64,000 nucleotides of DNA from an uncultured Pelagibacteraceae bacterium (GTDB lineage: Bacteria > Pseudomonadota > Alphaproteobacteria > Pelagibacterales > Pelagibacteraceae): positions 56,221 through 120,220 of the forward strand of contig CACDGO010000003.1 of assembly GCA_902552345.1 (NCBI GenBank), written 5' to 3'. Positions 10,946-22,203 of this stretch are shown piece after piece; the stretch's first letter is position 1, and the number at the start of each line of letters is the position of its first letter. The position numbers and the translations under genes were made by a program. The notes beneath the pieces were generated by a model. It saw nothing but the letters and a program-made list of their open reading frames with translations. It did not search any database and was not told where the DNA came from.

Positions 10946-12861
10946 GAATTAACCTTATTCTTGTTTTTTGCTAAAATAATATTTGAATTTAAAGTTTCTT
11001 CAACCTTATTGAAAATAGAAACACTATCTAAACCTGCTGCCTCATACATTTTTTCAGGGGTATCTTGATCAATAAAAATATCAGGTAAAATCATAGATCT
11101 AAATTTTAAGCCTGTATCGAAAACACCTCTGTCAGACAACAACTGCATTACATGGGATCCAAAACCTCCTATAGATCCCTCTTCAATTGTTATTAAAACT
11201 TCATGATTTGTTGCGATTTCCATTATCAGTTTTTCATCTAATGGTTTTGCAAATCTTGCATCTATAATTGTACATTCAATTCCTTTTAAAAAGAGTTTCT
11301 CTGATGCTTTTTTACACTGGTCAAGTCTTGTTCCAAAATTTAATAAAGCTATTTTCTTTCCTTCTTTAATAATCCTAGCTTTACCAATTTCAAGTTTCTC
11401 TTTGATAGATGGTAATTTGACTCCTATACCATTGCCGCGAGGATATCTAAAAGCAGATGGTTTATCGTTAATTTCTACTGAAGTATTTATCATCTTTACT
11501 AGTTCAGCCTCATCACTAGCAGCCATAACAATAAAATTTGGTAAAGTAGACAAATAGGTAATGTCAAATGAACCTGCATGTGTTGGTCCATCGGCTCCGA
11601 CTAAGCCTGCTCTATCAATCGCAAACCTTACCGGAAGAGATTGTATAGCGACATCGTGCACTACTTGATCGTAAGCCCTTTGAAGAAAAGTTGAATAAAT
11701 AGCGGCATATGGCTTATAGCCCTCAGTCGCTAATCCAGCTGCAAAAGTTACTGCATGTTGTTCAGCTATTCCGACATCAAATGTTCTGTCTGGAAATCTT
11801 TTTTCGAATAAATTTAGACCTGTGCCAGATGGCATAGCACCTGTTATACCAATAATTTTTGTATCCTGTTCAGCATGTTTAATTAGTGTTTCAGCAAACA
11901 CTTTAGTGTAAGAAGGTGTGCTATTTTTTGATTTTGACTGCTCACCAGTTGAAATATTAAATTTTGAAACGCCATGGTATTTATCACCTGAGTCTTCAGC
12001 AGGTTTATAACCTTTTCCTTTTTGTGTTCTCACATGAATTAATACTGGTCCTTGATGATTTGAATTTTTTACATTTTCTAAAATTTGAACTAGGTTTTCA
12101 ACATCATGTCCATCAATTGGTCCAACATAGTAAAAACCTAATTCGCTAAATAATGTTCCTCCCGTAACAATATTTCTCAGCAAATCTTCCGCTTTACCAG
12201 CTTTTTGAGTAAATCTTTTTGAAAAAGCTGAAATTATCATTTTTATTGTTTCTCTAAAGTTAAAATAAAGTTTACCAGATAAAATATTTGCTAAGTATTT
12301 GCTCATAGCACCAACCGGTCTTGCTATCGACATATCATTGTCGTTAAGCACCACTATTAAATTTGATTTTAGTGCACCTGCATTGTTCATGGCTTCATAA
12401 GCCATTCCGGCACTCATTGCACCGTCACCTATTACAGCGATCACATTGTTTTTATTGTTTGACAGTTTTTTTGCTACAGCCATACCTAATGTTGATGAAA
12501 TAGAAGTTGAACTGTGAGCAGCTCCAAATGGATCATATTCACTTTCAGTTCTCTTAGTAAATCCTGATAGACCACCACCTTTTCTTAAGGTTTTTATCCT
12601 GTCTCTTCTGCCTGTTATAATTTTGTGAGGATAACATTGATGGCTTACATCCCACACTAGTTTATCTTTTGGAGTATCAAATACATAGTGTAGTGCAATT
12701 GTTAATTCGACAACACCTAAACCCGCACCTAAGTGACCACCAGTTTCAGAAACAACATCTATTAATTCTTCACGCAATTCTTCTGAAATTTGCTTTAGGT
12801 CATCTTTTTTGAATTTTCTCAAATCTGAAGGAAAATTAATTTTCTTTATAAGTCTTGCCAT
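10942..12861 (-). CDS. dxs: 1-deoxy-D-xylulose-5-phosphate synthase
   Basis: [49 protein letters not shown]. Confidence 0.98.
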   Translation of the reverse strand: MARLIKKINFPSDLRKFKKDDLKQISEELREELIDVVSETGGHLGAGLGVVELTIALHYVFDTPKDKLVWDVSHQCYPHKIITGRRDRIKTLRKGGGLSGFTKRTESEYDPFGAAHSSTSISSTLGMAVAKKLSNNKNNVIAVIGDGAMSAGMAYEAMNNAGALKSNLIVVLNDNDMSIARPVGAMSKYLANILSGKLYFNFRETIKMIISAFSKRFTQKAGKAEDLLRNIVTGGTLFSELGFYYVGPIDGHDVENLVQILENVKNSNHQGPVLIHVRTQKGKGYKPAEDSGDKYHGVSKFNISTGEQSKSKNSTPSYTKVFAETLIKHAEQDTKIIGITGAMPSGTGLNLFEKRFPDRTFDVGIAEQHAVTFAAGLATEGYKPYAAIYSTFLQRAYDQVVHDVAIQSLPVRFAIDRAGLVGADGPTHAGSFDITYLSTLPNFIVMAASDEAELVKMINTSVEINDKPSAFRYPRGNGIGVKLPSIKEKLEIGKARIIKEGKKIALLNFGTRLDQCKKASEKLFLKGIECTIIDARFAKPLDEKLIMEIATNHEVLITIEEGSIGGFGSHVMQLLSDRGVFDTGLKFRSMILPDIFIDQDTPEKMYEAAGLDSVSIFNKVEETLNSNIILAKNKNKVNS

Positions 12862-13736
12862 TAAAAATTTCTTTCTTGTATGAACTTTATTGTATCAATT
12901 AAATCTTTTGCAACTTTTCCATGTTTTTCTAATTTAAGCAATATTTTTTTCTTCAATTTTTTCGTATACCTAGATGCATTTTCATAACCAATTAAGTTAA
13001 CTAAAGTTGATTTCCCTTTTTTTTTATCCTTTTTAATTGGTTTTCCTACTAATTTTTTAGAACCTTTTATATCTAAAAAGTCATCAGCAAGTTGAAATAA
13101 TAAACCAATTTCTTCACCAAGTTTACCTAAAAGTATTTTTTCTCTTTGACTTTTGTTAGCAACGATTGCGACAGACTGAAGACAGAAATTAAATAGCTTG
13201 CCAGTTTTTTTTCTTTGCATATCAGTTATTTGGATAAATGATTTTTTTTTATTTTCAAATTTTAAATCTAGCTCTTGACCTCCTGCTATTCCAGTATGTC
13301 CTGCAAAATTTGATAATAAACCTATAATCTCATTCTTTTGCTTTGATGACAAAAGATTTTTTTTATTTACTATTATTTCGAAAGCTAAAGTTAGCAGTGA
13401 ATTACCAGCTAGAACAGCTGTTGCCTCTCCAAATTTTATATGTGTTGATGGTTTACCTCTTCTCATTGAATCATTATCCATACATGGAAGATCATCATGT
13501 ATGAGAGAATAAGAGTGAATGCACTCCACAGCCGCACAAATATCAAGAAGTTTTTTTTCTTTAATCTTAAATAATTTTCCTCCGTCAAAAATAATAGTAG
13601 ATCTAATTTTTTTCCCCCCTGAAATCAGACCATATTTCATGGGCTCAACCAGTAAAGTTTTATTTTGTTTTTTTAAAAAATTTAATAAAAATTTGTCTAT
13701 TTTAACTGCATTTTTTTTTAATTTTTTTTCAACCAT
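12861..13736 (-). CDS. ispA: Farnesyl/geranyl diphosphate synthase
   Basis: [24 protein letters not shown]; xseB-ispA-dxs synteny. Confidence 0.94.
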   Translation of the reverse strand: MVEKKLKKNAVKIDKFLLNFLKKQNKTLLVEPMKYGLISGGKKIRSTIIFDGGKLFKIKEKKLLDICAAVECIHSYSLIHDDLPCMDNDSMRRGKPSTHIKFGEATAVLAGNSLLTLAFEIIVNKKNLLSSKQKNEIIGLLSNFAGHTGIAGGQELDLKFENKKKSFIQITDMQRKKTGKLFNFCLQSVAIVANKSQREKILLGKLGEEIGLLFQLADDFLDIKGSKKLVGKPIKKDKKKGKSTLVNLIGYENASRYTKKLKKKILLKLEKHGKVAKDLIDTIKFIQERNF

Positions 13737-13745
13737 AAAAAATTT

Positions 13746-13949
13746 TTAAGAATTTGAAATTTCTTTAATCTTTATTTTAAAAAGGTTTTCAACGTGTTTA
13801 TTTAAATTTAACAATCTTTTATAAGTTTGTTCAATCGCGTTATAGTCTAGGTTTCTGCCCTCAAGATGAAGTAATATTTCATCAATTTCATCCCTTGCCT
13901 CTTTTAATGATTTACTTTTGATATCAGCTGGAATATTTTCAATTTTCAT
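13746..13949 (-). CDS. xseB: Exodeoxyribonuclease VII small subunit (divergent)
   Basis: 67-aa helical protein in the xseB-ispA-dxs position; weak similarity to the XseB helix pattern. Confidence 0.65.
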   Translation of the reverse strand: MKIENIPADIKSKSLKEARDEIDEILLHLEGRNLDYNAIEQTYKRLLNLNKHVENLFKIKIKEISNS

Positions 13950-13970
13950 AAATTAAATAATAATTACATT

Positions 13971-14918
13971 ATGAAAAACATCTATTCAAATATATTCTCT
14001 TTTAATAAAAAAGTGATTAAAAAAACTATTTTTTCCCTGAAACAAAGCAAAATAGTTGGATTACCAACAGAGACTGTTTATGGTTTGGCGGGAAATGCAT
14101 ACTCTAGAAGAGCTGTTCAGAAGATTTTTAGTTTAAAAAAAAGATCGAAGAAAAATCCTTTAATAATACACTATGATTATCTAAAAAACGCTGAGAAGGA
14201 TGTAATATTCAATGAAAGATTTTTTAAGCTTTATAAAAAATTTTGTCCTGGCCCTTTAACTTTTGTGTTAAAAAAGAAAAAAAATTCTAAGATTACTTCA
14301 CTAGCAACCGCAAATTTGAATACTGTAGCAATAAGATTCCCAAGACATAAAATTATAAAAGACATACTAAAAAATATTAACTTTCCACTCGCAATGCCCA
14401 GTGCAAATCTTTCTTCCAAATTAAGTCCTATTAATGCTTTCGATGTTTTTCAAGAATTTAAAAAAAAATTACAAATTATAATAAATGGCGGAGACTCAAA
14501 AATTGGTATTGAGTCTACAGTAATTGACTTAACAAACAAGCCTAGGATATTACGGCCAGGTATTATCGAAGCTGATGAGATTAAAAAATTTTTAAAATGT
14601 AATTTATCCAAAAAAAAATCTCAGATTAGATCACCTGGTATGTTCAAAAAACATTATTACCCAGGTATTCCCGTAATCTTAAATAAAAAACCGAAAAATA
14701 AAAATCATGCTTATATTATTTTTGGAAAAGGTTACAAAAATAATGAAAATTATTTTAATTTAAGTAAAAAAGCCGACTTGAAAGAAGCAGCAACTAATTT
14801 ATACAAAATAATGAAAAAAATAAGAAAAAAAGGATATAAAAAAATATTTGTGTCTAAAATTCCAAAAAAGGGTCCTGGTATAGCTATAAATGATCGTTTA
14901 TCAAGGGCAGCAGATTGA
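13971..14918 (+). CDS. sua5: L-threonylcarbamoyladenylate synthase (Sua5/TsaC)
   Basis: PTETVYGL, KKR..NPLIIH, PSAN, GIESTV, ILRPG, SPGM...HY, AINDRL. Confidence 0.94.
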   Translation: MKNIYSNIFSFNKKVIKKTIFSLKQSKIVGLPTETVYGLAGNAYSRRAVQKIFSLKKRSKKNPLIIHYDYLKNAEKDVIFNERFFKLYKKFCPGPLTFVLKKKKNSKITSLATANLNTVAIRFPRHKIIKDILKNINFPLAMPSANLSSKLSPINAFDVFQEFKKKLQIIINGGDSKIGIESTVIDLTNKPRILRPGIIEADEIKKFLKCNLSKKKSQIRSPGMFKKHYYPGIPVILNKKPKNKNHAYIIFGKGYKNNENYFNLSKKADLKEAATNLYKIMKKIRKKGYKKIFVSKIPKKGPGIAINDRLSRAAD

Positions 14919-15649
14919 TGTTTATTGAAATTAAAGAATTAAAGAAAATTTACAACAAATTTTGTGCAGTAAATAATATAAATTTTCAAATAGATAAAAA
15001 TAAAACTATTGGATTACTTGGGCCTAATGGTTGTGGAAAAACTACCACAATTGGAATGATGTTAGGCTTAGTATCTCCAACTAGTGGTGAGATCAAAATT
15101 GAAAATAAAAATATTAATTTATTTAACAGAGATGAAATTTTAAAAAGGTTTAATTTTGCTTCACCTTACGTAGAATTACCCAAAAAACTAACTGTTAAAC
15201 AAAATCTAGAAATTTACGGAAGACTATATGGAGTTAAAAATTTAAACAAAAGAATTTATGAAATTTCAGATGATTTAAATATAAAAAATTTTTTTTATAG
15301 AAAAACAGGAGAGCTTTCATCAGGTCAAAAAAATAGGGTGTCACTTGCTAAGTCGTTAATCAATAAACCTGAAATACTTTTACTAGATGAGCCAACAGCA
15401 AGCTTGGACCCTGATATAGGTGATTTTATAAGAAGCTACATTCAAGATTACAAAACAAAAAATAAAGTTACTATTTTATTAGCATCCCACAACATGGGTG
15501 AAGTTGAGAGACTATGCGACAGCGTTATTATGATGAGAAAAGGTAAAATAATAGATCAAGGGACCTGTAAAGAACTCATAAAAAAACATGGTAGGAATAA
15601 TTTAGAAGAAACATTTTTAAAATTAGCAAGGAGTGAAGATGAACTTTAA
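14915..15649 (+). CDS. ABC-2 type exporter ATP-binding protein
   Basis: Walker A GPNGCGKTT, LSSGQ, LLLDEPT, SH switch. Confidence 0.93.
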   Translation: MMFIEIKELKKIYNKFCAVNNINFQIDKNKTIGLLGPNGCGKTTTIGMMLGLVSPTSGEIKIENKNINLFNRDEILKRFNFASPYVELPKKLTVKQNLEIYGRLYGVKNLNKRIYEISDDLNIKNFFYRKTGELSSGQKNRVSLAKSLINKPEILLLDEPTASLDPDIGDFIRSYIQDYKTKNKVTILLASHNMGEVERLCDSVIMMRKGKIIDQGTCKELIKKHGRNNLEETFLKLARSEDEL

Positions 15650-16430
15650 TAAGATTTATGCTTTAGGCTTAAGACATCTTTATTTGATCATGAATTCTTT
15701 TCCAAGAGTTCTAGACCTAATTTATTGGCCCACAGTACAAATTTTTTTATGGGGATTTATCTCAAAATTTTTTACACTAAATTCTGAATACTACAGTAAT
15801 ACAGTCGGAATAATTTTAACTGCTGCTATTTTGTATGATTTTTTATTTAGAGCTAGTATAAGTTTTAATATGATGTTTTTAGAGGAAATATGGAGCAGAA
15901 ACTTTACAAATTTATTTATAGCTCCTATTAAAATCAGAGAAATAATTGCAGCACTTACAATAACTGCAATAATAAGGACATTGATTGGCTTGGTGCCTGC
16001 AGTGTTAATAGCTATTCCTTTATTTGGTGTCTCTGTTCTTAAGCTTGGAATACCTCTTATTTTTTTATTACTAGCACTTTATCTGTTTGGAATTACTTTA
16101 GGTCTTTTAGTTACATCAGGACTTCTGAGATACGGACCCTCATTTGAAAATATTGCTTGGGCTAGTCTTTTTTTTTTAGCTCCGCTTGGTTGTATTTATT
16201 ATCCTATTGAGATTTTACCTACGTCTCTACAAATCATAGCAAAAGCGTTACCGTTAGTTCATATTTTTGAAGAAATGAGAAGTATTTTAATGAATAATTA
16301 TGTAAATTATTCCAATATTTTTAAATCAATAACAATATCAATAGTATACTTTATTTTTGGTGTAATAATTTTTTATATTTCTTATTTTGGAGCCAAAAAA
16401 AGAGGAACTTTGATGAATATGGGTGAATAA
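15633..16430 (+). CDS. ABC-2 type exporter permease
   Basis: About six hydrophobic segments, YYPIEILP...PLVH motif; overlaps the ATPase gene. Confidence 0.9.
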   Translation: MKMNFNKIYALGLRHLYLIMNSFPRVLDLIYWPTVQIFLWGFISKFFTLNSEYYSNTVGIILTAAILYDFLFRASISFNMMFLEEIWSRNFTNLFIAPIKIREIIAALTITAIIRTLIGLVPAVLIAIPLFGVSVLKLGIPLIFLLLALYLFGITLGLLVTSGLLRYGPSFENIAWASLFFLAPLGCIYYPIEILPTSLQIIAKALPLVHIFEEMRSILMNNYVNYSNIFKSITISIVYFIFGVIIFYISYFGAKKRGTLMNMGE

Positions 16431-16433
16431 ATA

Positions 16434-17141
16434 ATGCATAAACATTTAGAAAAAATAAAAAAAAACGAAGATCAACCAAAAGTAATTAAAAATATGTTTA
16501 GTAAAGAAGAAATAAATAAGTTTATTAATTTATATAATGAGCTTCCTATTACAGTTCACAATAAAAAACAAAATGTAATAAAAAAAAGATGGCTTGTAGA
16601 ATACGGTAAAGATTTAGAGCAATTATTTTATAATAAATTAAAAAATGAAATAGGAGAATTTAGATATGATAACTTAAAAAATGATGATGGAAACGATATC
16701 TTGGGTTTATTTCAAGAAAGTTATAATCCGATAGGTTTACATATCGATGGAGGATTTAATTTAGAAGATTTGATTTATAAACAGACTTTAATACCTTTAA
16801 CACCGGTTGGAAGTACAGTCATATTTAAAAACAGGTTTTATGGCCAATCAACTAACTTTACCATAGATAAAAAAGAATTACAAAAGAAAGATTTAAAATA
16901 TGGTCAGAATAAGAGATCATCTGAGCACTTAGGTTTATATGGCAATAAGCCTTTTGATAAAGATTTACATAAGAAGTTTATAAACCATGAAAAAATTGAA
17001 AATTTAGCGGGACTTGAGGTAGAATTGATTTATGAATGGGAAGTAGGATCTATGTTAATATTTGATAGAACCAATCTTCACTGTTCTTCTTCTGTAATTG
17101 ACGGTAAAAAGATAGGTCTTACCACTTTTACAAAGAAGTAA
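16434..17141 (+). CDS. Hypothetical protein, probable 2OG-Fe(II) oxygenase fold
   Basis: HxD (GLHID) plus distal GSMLIFDRTNLHCS and a terminal basic residue/beta strand. Confidence 0.55.
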   Translation: MHKHLEKIKKNEDQPKVIKNMFSKEEINKFINLYNELPITVHNKKQNVIKKRWLVEYGKDLEQLFYNKLKNEIGEFRYDNLKNDDGNDILGLFQESYNPIGLHIDGGFNLEDLIYKQTLIPLTPVGSTVIFKNRFYGQSTNFTIDKKELQKKDLKYGQNKRSSEHLGLYGNKPFDKDLHKKFINHEKIENLAGLEVELIYEWEVGSMLIFDRTNLHCSSSVIDGKKIGLTTFTKK

Positions 17142-17153
17142 TTAGTCTAATAT

Positions 17154-18101
17154 ATGCTTAAAAGGAAATTTTTAAAATTATCAAGTAGTTTAATTAAACT
17201 TATCTTACCTGTACTTTACAAATTTTTACTTAAAACTGGAAATAATAGACGAGTAATTAATTTTCTAAATGAAAAAAGTTATTTTAGTAATAAATTTTAT
17301 GATTTCTCTTTTAATATTAATAACTTTTTAAAAAGTGAAAAAATTGTAGCATTGGATGTTGGGGCTCAAGGGGGTTTTAACTCGGATAATTTTTTTCCAA
17401 AAAAATATAATTCATTTTTTAAGGAAATTTTGATTGAGCCAATAAAATCTGAGTCAAACAAACTTGAAAAAAATAAATACGTTATTAATAAAGGCTTATG
17501 GAATGCTCCAGCTGAAAAAGAACTATATATTTTAGGAAATAGACCTGGGAGTTCATCTATGTTTGAACCTCAAAATGATTTATTTGATATACATAATATA
17601 AAAAAAAAAGATTACGAAAATTATAAAGTTACAAAAGTTGAAAATATAAAATGTGATACAATTAATAACCTTTTGTCTGAACTTAATATAAGAAATCTTG
17701 ACTATCTAAAAGTAGATACTCAAGGTGCTGAATTAGATATACTTAAAGGAATTGGTAGCTATCGACCTTTACTTATTAGATTAGAGGTCCATATTTTTTC
17801 AATGTATAAAAATGTTCCCAGTTGGAATAAATTATTAAATTACCTTTATGAATTAAATTACGTTGCTATTGATTTAAAAGGTATAGGAAGCCATAACACA
17901 AGACTACCAGCTGAGGCTGATATGATATTTATACCTAATTTTAATAATGATGAAGGAAAAAATGTGATATCAGACTCCAAAGAGAAATTTGTAAGTTTGT
18001 TATTAATATTTGGTCAAATAAACTTGCTTAAGATAATAACAAAAAGAATAAAATTTGATATTAGAGATTTAGAAAAAATTGAGGATTTGTACTTTCATTA
18101 A
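17154..18101 (+). CDS. FkbM family methyltransferase
   Basis: LDVGAQGG, IEP, SSMFEP, LKVDTQGAELDILKG. Confidence 0.9.
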   Translation: MLKRKFLKLSSSLIKLILPVLYKFLLKTGNNRRVINFLNEKSYFSNKFYDFSFNINNFLKSEKIVALDVGAQGGFNSDNFFPKKYNSFFKEILIEPIKSESNKLEKNKYVINKGLWNAPAEKELYILGNRPGSSSMFEPQNDLFDIHNIKKKDYENYKVTKVENIKCDTINNLLSELNIRNLDYLKVDTQGAELDILKGIGSYRPLLIRLEVHIFSMYKNVPSWNKLLNYLYELNYVAIDLKGIGSHNTRLPAEADMIFIPNFNNDEGKNVISDSKEKFVSLLLIFGQINLLKIITKRIKFDIRDLEKIEDLYFH

Positions 18102-18901
18102 TGGCAATATACGATTGTTTTCAATATTTTAATGAGGATCATATTGTAGATCTAAGAATGAATATTTTAGATAAATATGTCGACTATTTTGTAATATCTG
18201 AATCTACTAAAACTCACCAAGGTAAAAATAAAAAAATAAATTTTGATATAAAAAATTTTTCAAAATTTAAAGAAAAGATCAAATTTTTAGTAGCAGATTA
18301 TAAAGAGGAAATAAAATTTACAAAACACACCGGTGGCGAGTCTATAATTGAGCAGCACCAAAGAAATAATTTAATCAATGGAGTTAAAGATGCCTCACCA
18401 GAAGACTTAATAATTCTATCTGACTCAGATGAAATACCCGATCTATCCAAAATTCATAAAATAAAAAAAAACAAAAAATTTGTCGCTTTTTCTCAAACAA
18501 TGTTTATGTACAAACTTAATCTCCAAAACATTGAAGAAAGTGGATGGATTGGATCAAGAATTAGTAAAAAAAAAGATATTTCTTCAATGCAAAATTTGAG
18601 AGACTTAAAATTTAAGAATTATCCTTTTTGGCGAATAGATAAACGACATATTCAAGTTATTAATGGTGGGTGGCACTTTTCTTATTTGCATACACCAAAT
18701 CAAATTCTAGAAAAAATCAAATCTTTTTCTCACGGAGAATTTAATCATGGTGATTTAAATGAAGAAAACATAGAGAAAAAAATTATAAAAAATGAAGATA
18801 TTTTCGACAGAGGTTTTAAACTTAAAAAAATTAAATTAGATGAAACTTTTCCCGAATACATCATTAATAATAAAAACAAGTATTCAAAATGGATATCTTG
18901 A
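18101..18901 (+). CDS. Glycosyltransferase family 17-like protein
   Basis: YDCFQYFNE...LR...VDYFVISES..TH.G, EQHQRN, SDSDEIP, GGWHFSY...KIKSFSH. Confidence 0.85.
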   Translation: MAIYDCFQYFNEDHIVDLRMNILDKYVDYFVISESTKTHQGKNKKINFDIKNFSKFKEKIKFLVADYKEEIKFTKHTGGESIIEQHQRNNLINGVKDASPEDLIILSDSDEIPDLSKIHKIKKNKKFVAFSQTMFMYKLNLQNIEESGWIGSRISKKKDISSMQNLRDLKFKNYPFWRIDKRHIQVINGGWHFSYLHTPNQILEKIKSFSHGEFNHGDLNEENIEKKIIKNEDIFDRGFKLKKIKLDETFPEYIINNKNKYSKWIS

Positions 18902-18904
18902 TTT

Positions 18905-18982
18905 TGGTGCGCCGGATAGGACTCGAACCCATAACCTCCGGAGCCGAAATCCGGCGCTCTATCCAGTTGAAGCTACCGGCGC
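18905..18982 (-). tRNA. tRNA-Arg (anticodon UCG)
   Basis: Reverse complement GCGCCGGTAGCTTCAACTGGATAGAGCGCCGGATTTCGGCTCCGGAGGTTATGGGTTCGAGTCCTATCCGGCGCACCA; anticodon stem CCGGA/TCCGG, loop TT-TCG-GC, encoded CCA. Confidence 0.95.
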
Positions 18983-19006
18983 ATTTAAAATACTTTAAAT
19001 CAATTA

Positions 19007-19987
19007 ATGAATAAAACAATCAATTTTTTAATCACTGAAGAAAATATTTCAGAAAGATTGGACTTGTATCTTTCAAAAAAAATGGAAGATTATTCCAGAT
19101 CATTAATTAAAAAACTAATTAATAATGAACATGTCAAAATAAATGGAAAAATTGTTAAATTTCCGGCATTTAAAGTAAAGTTTAATAACAAAGTATCTAT
19201 TGAACTTGTTTTTAAAAATGAAAAAAAATTAATTCCTAAAAATATTCATTTAGAAATCATATATGAAGACAATGACATACTTATTATTAATAAGCCAAAA
19301 GGACTTGTTGTACACCCTGGAGCTGGGAATTATGAAAATACATTGGCTAACGGCTTAGCATTTAAATATAAGAATAATTTATCTAACATTAATGGAAGTT
19401 TAAGACCTGGAATAGTCCATAGAATAGATAAAGAAACTAGTGGTCTTTTGGTCATTGCTAAAAATAATATTGCACATGCAAAACTGGGTAAACAATTTAG
19501 CGATCACACTATTAAAAGAAAATATGAGTGTTTAATATGGGGGGTCATAAGGCCATTAAATGGTAAAATCGAAACTCTTATTTCTAGAAATAAAAGAAAT
19601 AGACAATTAATGACCGTAAGTGAAATTAACGGAAAAAGAGCAGTCACAAACTACAAAACTATTAAAGTTTTTAAAATTAAAGATATTCCAAAAATAAGTT
19701 TGGTGGAATGTGAGCTTGAAACTGGACGAACTCACCAAATTCGAGTGCATTTTAAATATAAAGGCTCTTCTTTACTAGGTGATAATCAGTATGGGAAAAC
19801 AAATATAAAATTTAAAAAAGTTAGTAATAATTTTTTGCAAAATTTGAATAACATTAGAGGACAAGCATTGCATGCTAAGACTTTGAGCTTCATTCATCCA
19901 ACAAAAAAAAAATTGGTTAATTTCAAGTCTAAATTACCAGAAGACTTTAAAAAAATGTTAAATTTTCTTAATAAATTCAGTAGTTGA
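19007..19987 (+). CDS. rluD: 23S rRNA pseudouridine synthase RluD
   Basis: N-terminal S4 domain (RLD), NKPKGLVVHP, HRIDKETSG, ETGRTHQIRVH. Confidence 0.93.
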   Translation: MNKTINFLITEENISERLDLYLSKKMEDYSRSLIKKLINNEHVKINGKIVKFPAFKVKFNNKVSIELVFKNEKKLIPKNIHLEIIYEDNDILIINKPKGLVVHPGAGNYENTLANGLAFKYKNNLSNINGSLRPGIVHRIDKETSGLLVIAKNNIAHAKLGKQFSDHTIKRKYECLIWGVIRPLNGKIETLISRNKRNRQLMTVSEINGKRAVTNYKTIKVFKIKDIPKISLVECELETGRTHQIRVHFKYKGSSLLGDNQYGKTNIKFKKVSNNFLQNLNNIRGQALHAKTLSFIHPTKKKLVNFKSKLPEDFKKMLNFLNKFSS

Positions 19988-20017
19988 AAAAAATTATTTT
20001 GTATATAAGTCTAAATT

Positions 20018-20914
20018 ATGAATAATAATAAAGGAATAAGTAATTTACCAATACCATCGGTCGGTGGACTATCGATTTATCTTGCGCAAATAAAAAAATT
20101 TCCTATGTTAGACGCAGAGGAAGAGTACATGCTCGCAAAAAATTGGAGGGAAAATGGAAATTTACAATCAGCACATAAGTTAGTAACAAGTCATCTAAGA
20201 TTAGTAGCAAAAATTGCAATGGGCTACCGGGGGTATGGCTTGCCAGTTAATGAATTAATTTCAGAGGGAAATTTAGGGTTAATGCAAGCTGTAAAAAAAT
20301 ATGATCCAGATAAAGGTTTTAGGCTTGCAACTTATGCGATGTGGTGGATCAAAGCTGCGATCCAAGAATATGTTCTAAGGTCATGGAGTTTAGTAAAGAT
20401 GGGAACTACTACGGCGCAGAAAAAACTTTTTTTTAATTTAAAGAAAATTAAAAATCAAATAGCCCCTGATCAAGATGGAGATTTAAAAAAAGAGCAGGTA
20501 GACGAAATATCAAAAAGATTAGATGTAGATTCTGATGAAGTTATTAATATGAATAGAAGAATGATGGGCCAAGAAAAATCTCTTAATGATCCGATAAAAG
20601 TTGGTGAAACAGATGAATGGCAAGACTGGTTGGTAGATGATAGTTTAGATCAAGAGCTATTAGTTTCACAACAGCAAGAGTATAATGATAAAAAAGAATT
20701 ATTAAAACATGCTATGAGTGTTTTAAATGAGAGAGAAAAGGAAATAATCGAGGCAAGAAGATTAACTGAAAATCCTGTAACTCTAGAAGAATTGAGCAAA
20801 AGATATAAAATAAGTAGAGAACGGATAAGACAAATTGAAACTAAAGCTTTTGAAAAATTGCAAAAATCTATGATAAACGCTAGTAAATCAAAAAACTTAC
20901 TTGCTGCAAATTAA
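20018..20914 (+). CDS. rpoH: RNA polymerase sigma-32 factor
   Basis: [19 protein letters not shown], RpoH box [18 protein letters not shown]. Confidence 0.97.
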   Translation: MNNNKGISNLPIPSVGGLSIYLAQIKKFPMLDAEEEYMLAKNWRENGNLQSAHKLVTSHLRLVAKIAMGYRGYGLPVNELISEGNLGLMQAVKKYDPDKGFRLATYAMWWIKAAIQEYVLRSWSLVKMGTTTAQKKLFFNLKKIKNQIAPDQDGDLKKEQVDEISKRLDVDSDEVINMNRRMMGQEKSLNDPIKVGETDEWQDWLVDDSLDQELLVSQQQEYNDKKELLKHAMSVLNEREKEIIEARRLTENPVTLEELSKRYKISRERIRQIETKAFEKLQKSMINASKSKNLLAAN

Positions 20915-22203
20915 ATTTTAAAAGGGTCTTCAACTAGAATTGTATCCTCTCTTTCGGGGCTTGTTGAAATGCTTGAAATTTTCGCCCCTATAAAATCCTC
21001 TAAAGAGTAAATATACTTTTTTGCATTTTCAGGTAAATCTGCAATGTTTCTAATCCCTTTAGTTTTAGTTTTCCATCCAGGAAATGATTTATAGATTGGT
21101 TTGATATTAAATTGATCTTCAGAGGCTGCGGGCAAGTAATTAATTTTTTTTCCATTTAATTCGTACTCAATACACATCTTAATTTCATCTAATTCATCTA
21201 AAACATCTAATTTAGTAAGAGCTATTCCGTTAATTCCTGAAATTTTTATAGTCTGTCTTACTAAAACTCCATCGAACCATCCGCACCTTCTTTTTCTAGC
21301 AGTAACAGTTCCAAACTCTTTTCCTCTTTTACCTAAATTCTCACCAATTTTATTTTTTAATTCAGTAGGAAAAGGACCGCTTCCAACTCTAGTTGTGTAT
21401 GCTTTAGTAATTCCTAAAATATATCCAATTTTATCAGGTCCTGAACCTGAGCCGGTAGCTGCCATTGCTGGAACAGTGTTAGATGATGTTACATAAGGAT
21501 AGGTGCCATGATCAACATCAAGAAGTATTCCCTGTGCGCCCTCAAACAAAATTTTTTTTCTTTCCTTTTTGAAATCATCTAATTTTAACCATACTGGCTT
21601 AGCAAACTTTAATATTTCGGGAGCAATTTTCATTAACTTTTTTTTTAGGTCATTTTTTTTATAAACTTTTTTTTTCAAACCTTTTCTAATTGCATTATGG
21701 TGCAATAATACATTTTCTAATCTAACGTCAAGATTGCTCTCTGACCTTAAGTCCATTACTCTAATAGATCTTCTACCAACTTTATCCTCATAACATGGGC
21801 CTATTCCTCTTCTAGTGGTCCCAATTTTTTCTTTTCCCGCAGCATCCTCTCTGATTTCATCCATTTCTTGATGAAAAGGCAGAATAAGTGATGCGGTCTC
21901 CGATATCATAAAATTTTCTGGAGTTACATTTATGCCCTGTTTTTTTATTTCTTCAATTTCATCAAGTAAAGCCCAAGGGTCTATGACTACACCATTGCCA
22001 AGAATAGATATTTTACCTTTTCTTACAATTCCAGAAGGTAATAACCTAAGTTTAAATACTTTTTTATCAATAACTAATGTATGACCAGCATTGTGTCCTC
22101 CTTGGAAGCGAACAACAATATCTGCCTCGCTTGAAAGCCAGTCAACTATCTTACCTTTTCCCTCATCCCCCCACTGGGAACCTACAACTACTACGTTTCT
22201 CAT
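20911..22203 (-). CDS. purA: Adenylosuccinate synthetase
   Basis: [37 protein letters not shown]. Confidence 0.98.
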   Translation of the reverse strand: MRNVVVVGSQWGDEGKGKIVDWLSSEADIVVRFQGGHNAGHTLVIDKKVFKLRLLPSGIVRKGKISILGNGVVIDPWALLDEIEEIKKQGINVTPENFMISETASLILPFHQEMDEIREDAAGKEKIGTTRRGIGPCYEDKVGRRSIRVMDLRSESNLDVRLENVLLHHNAIRKGLKKKVYKKNDLKKKLMKIAPEILKFAKPVWLKLDDFKKERKKILFEGAQGILLDVDHGTYPYVTSSNTVPAMAATGSGSGPDKIGYILGITKAYTTRVGSGPFPTELKNKIGENLGKRGKEFGTVTARKRRCGWFDGVLVRQTIKISGINGIALTKLDVLDELDEIKMCIEYELNGKKINYLPAASEDQFNIKPIYKSFPGWKTKTKGIRNIADLPENAKKYIYSLEDFIGAKISSISTSPEREDTILVEDPFKI

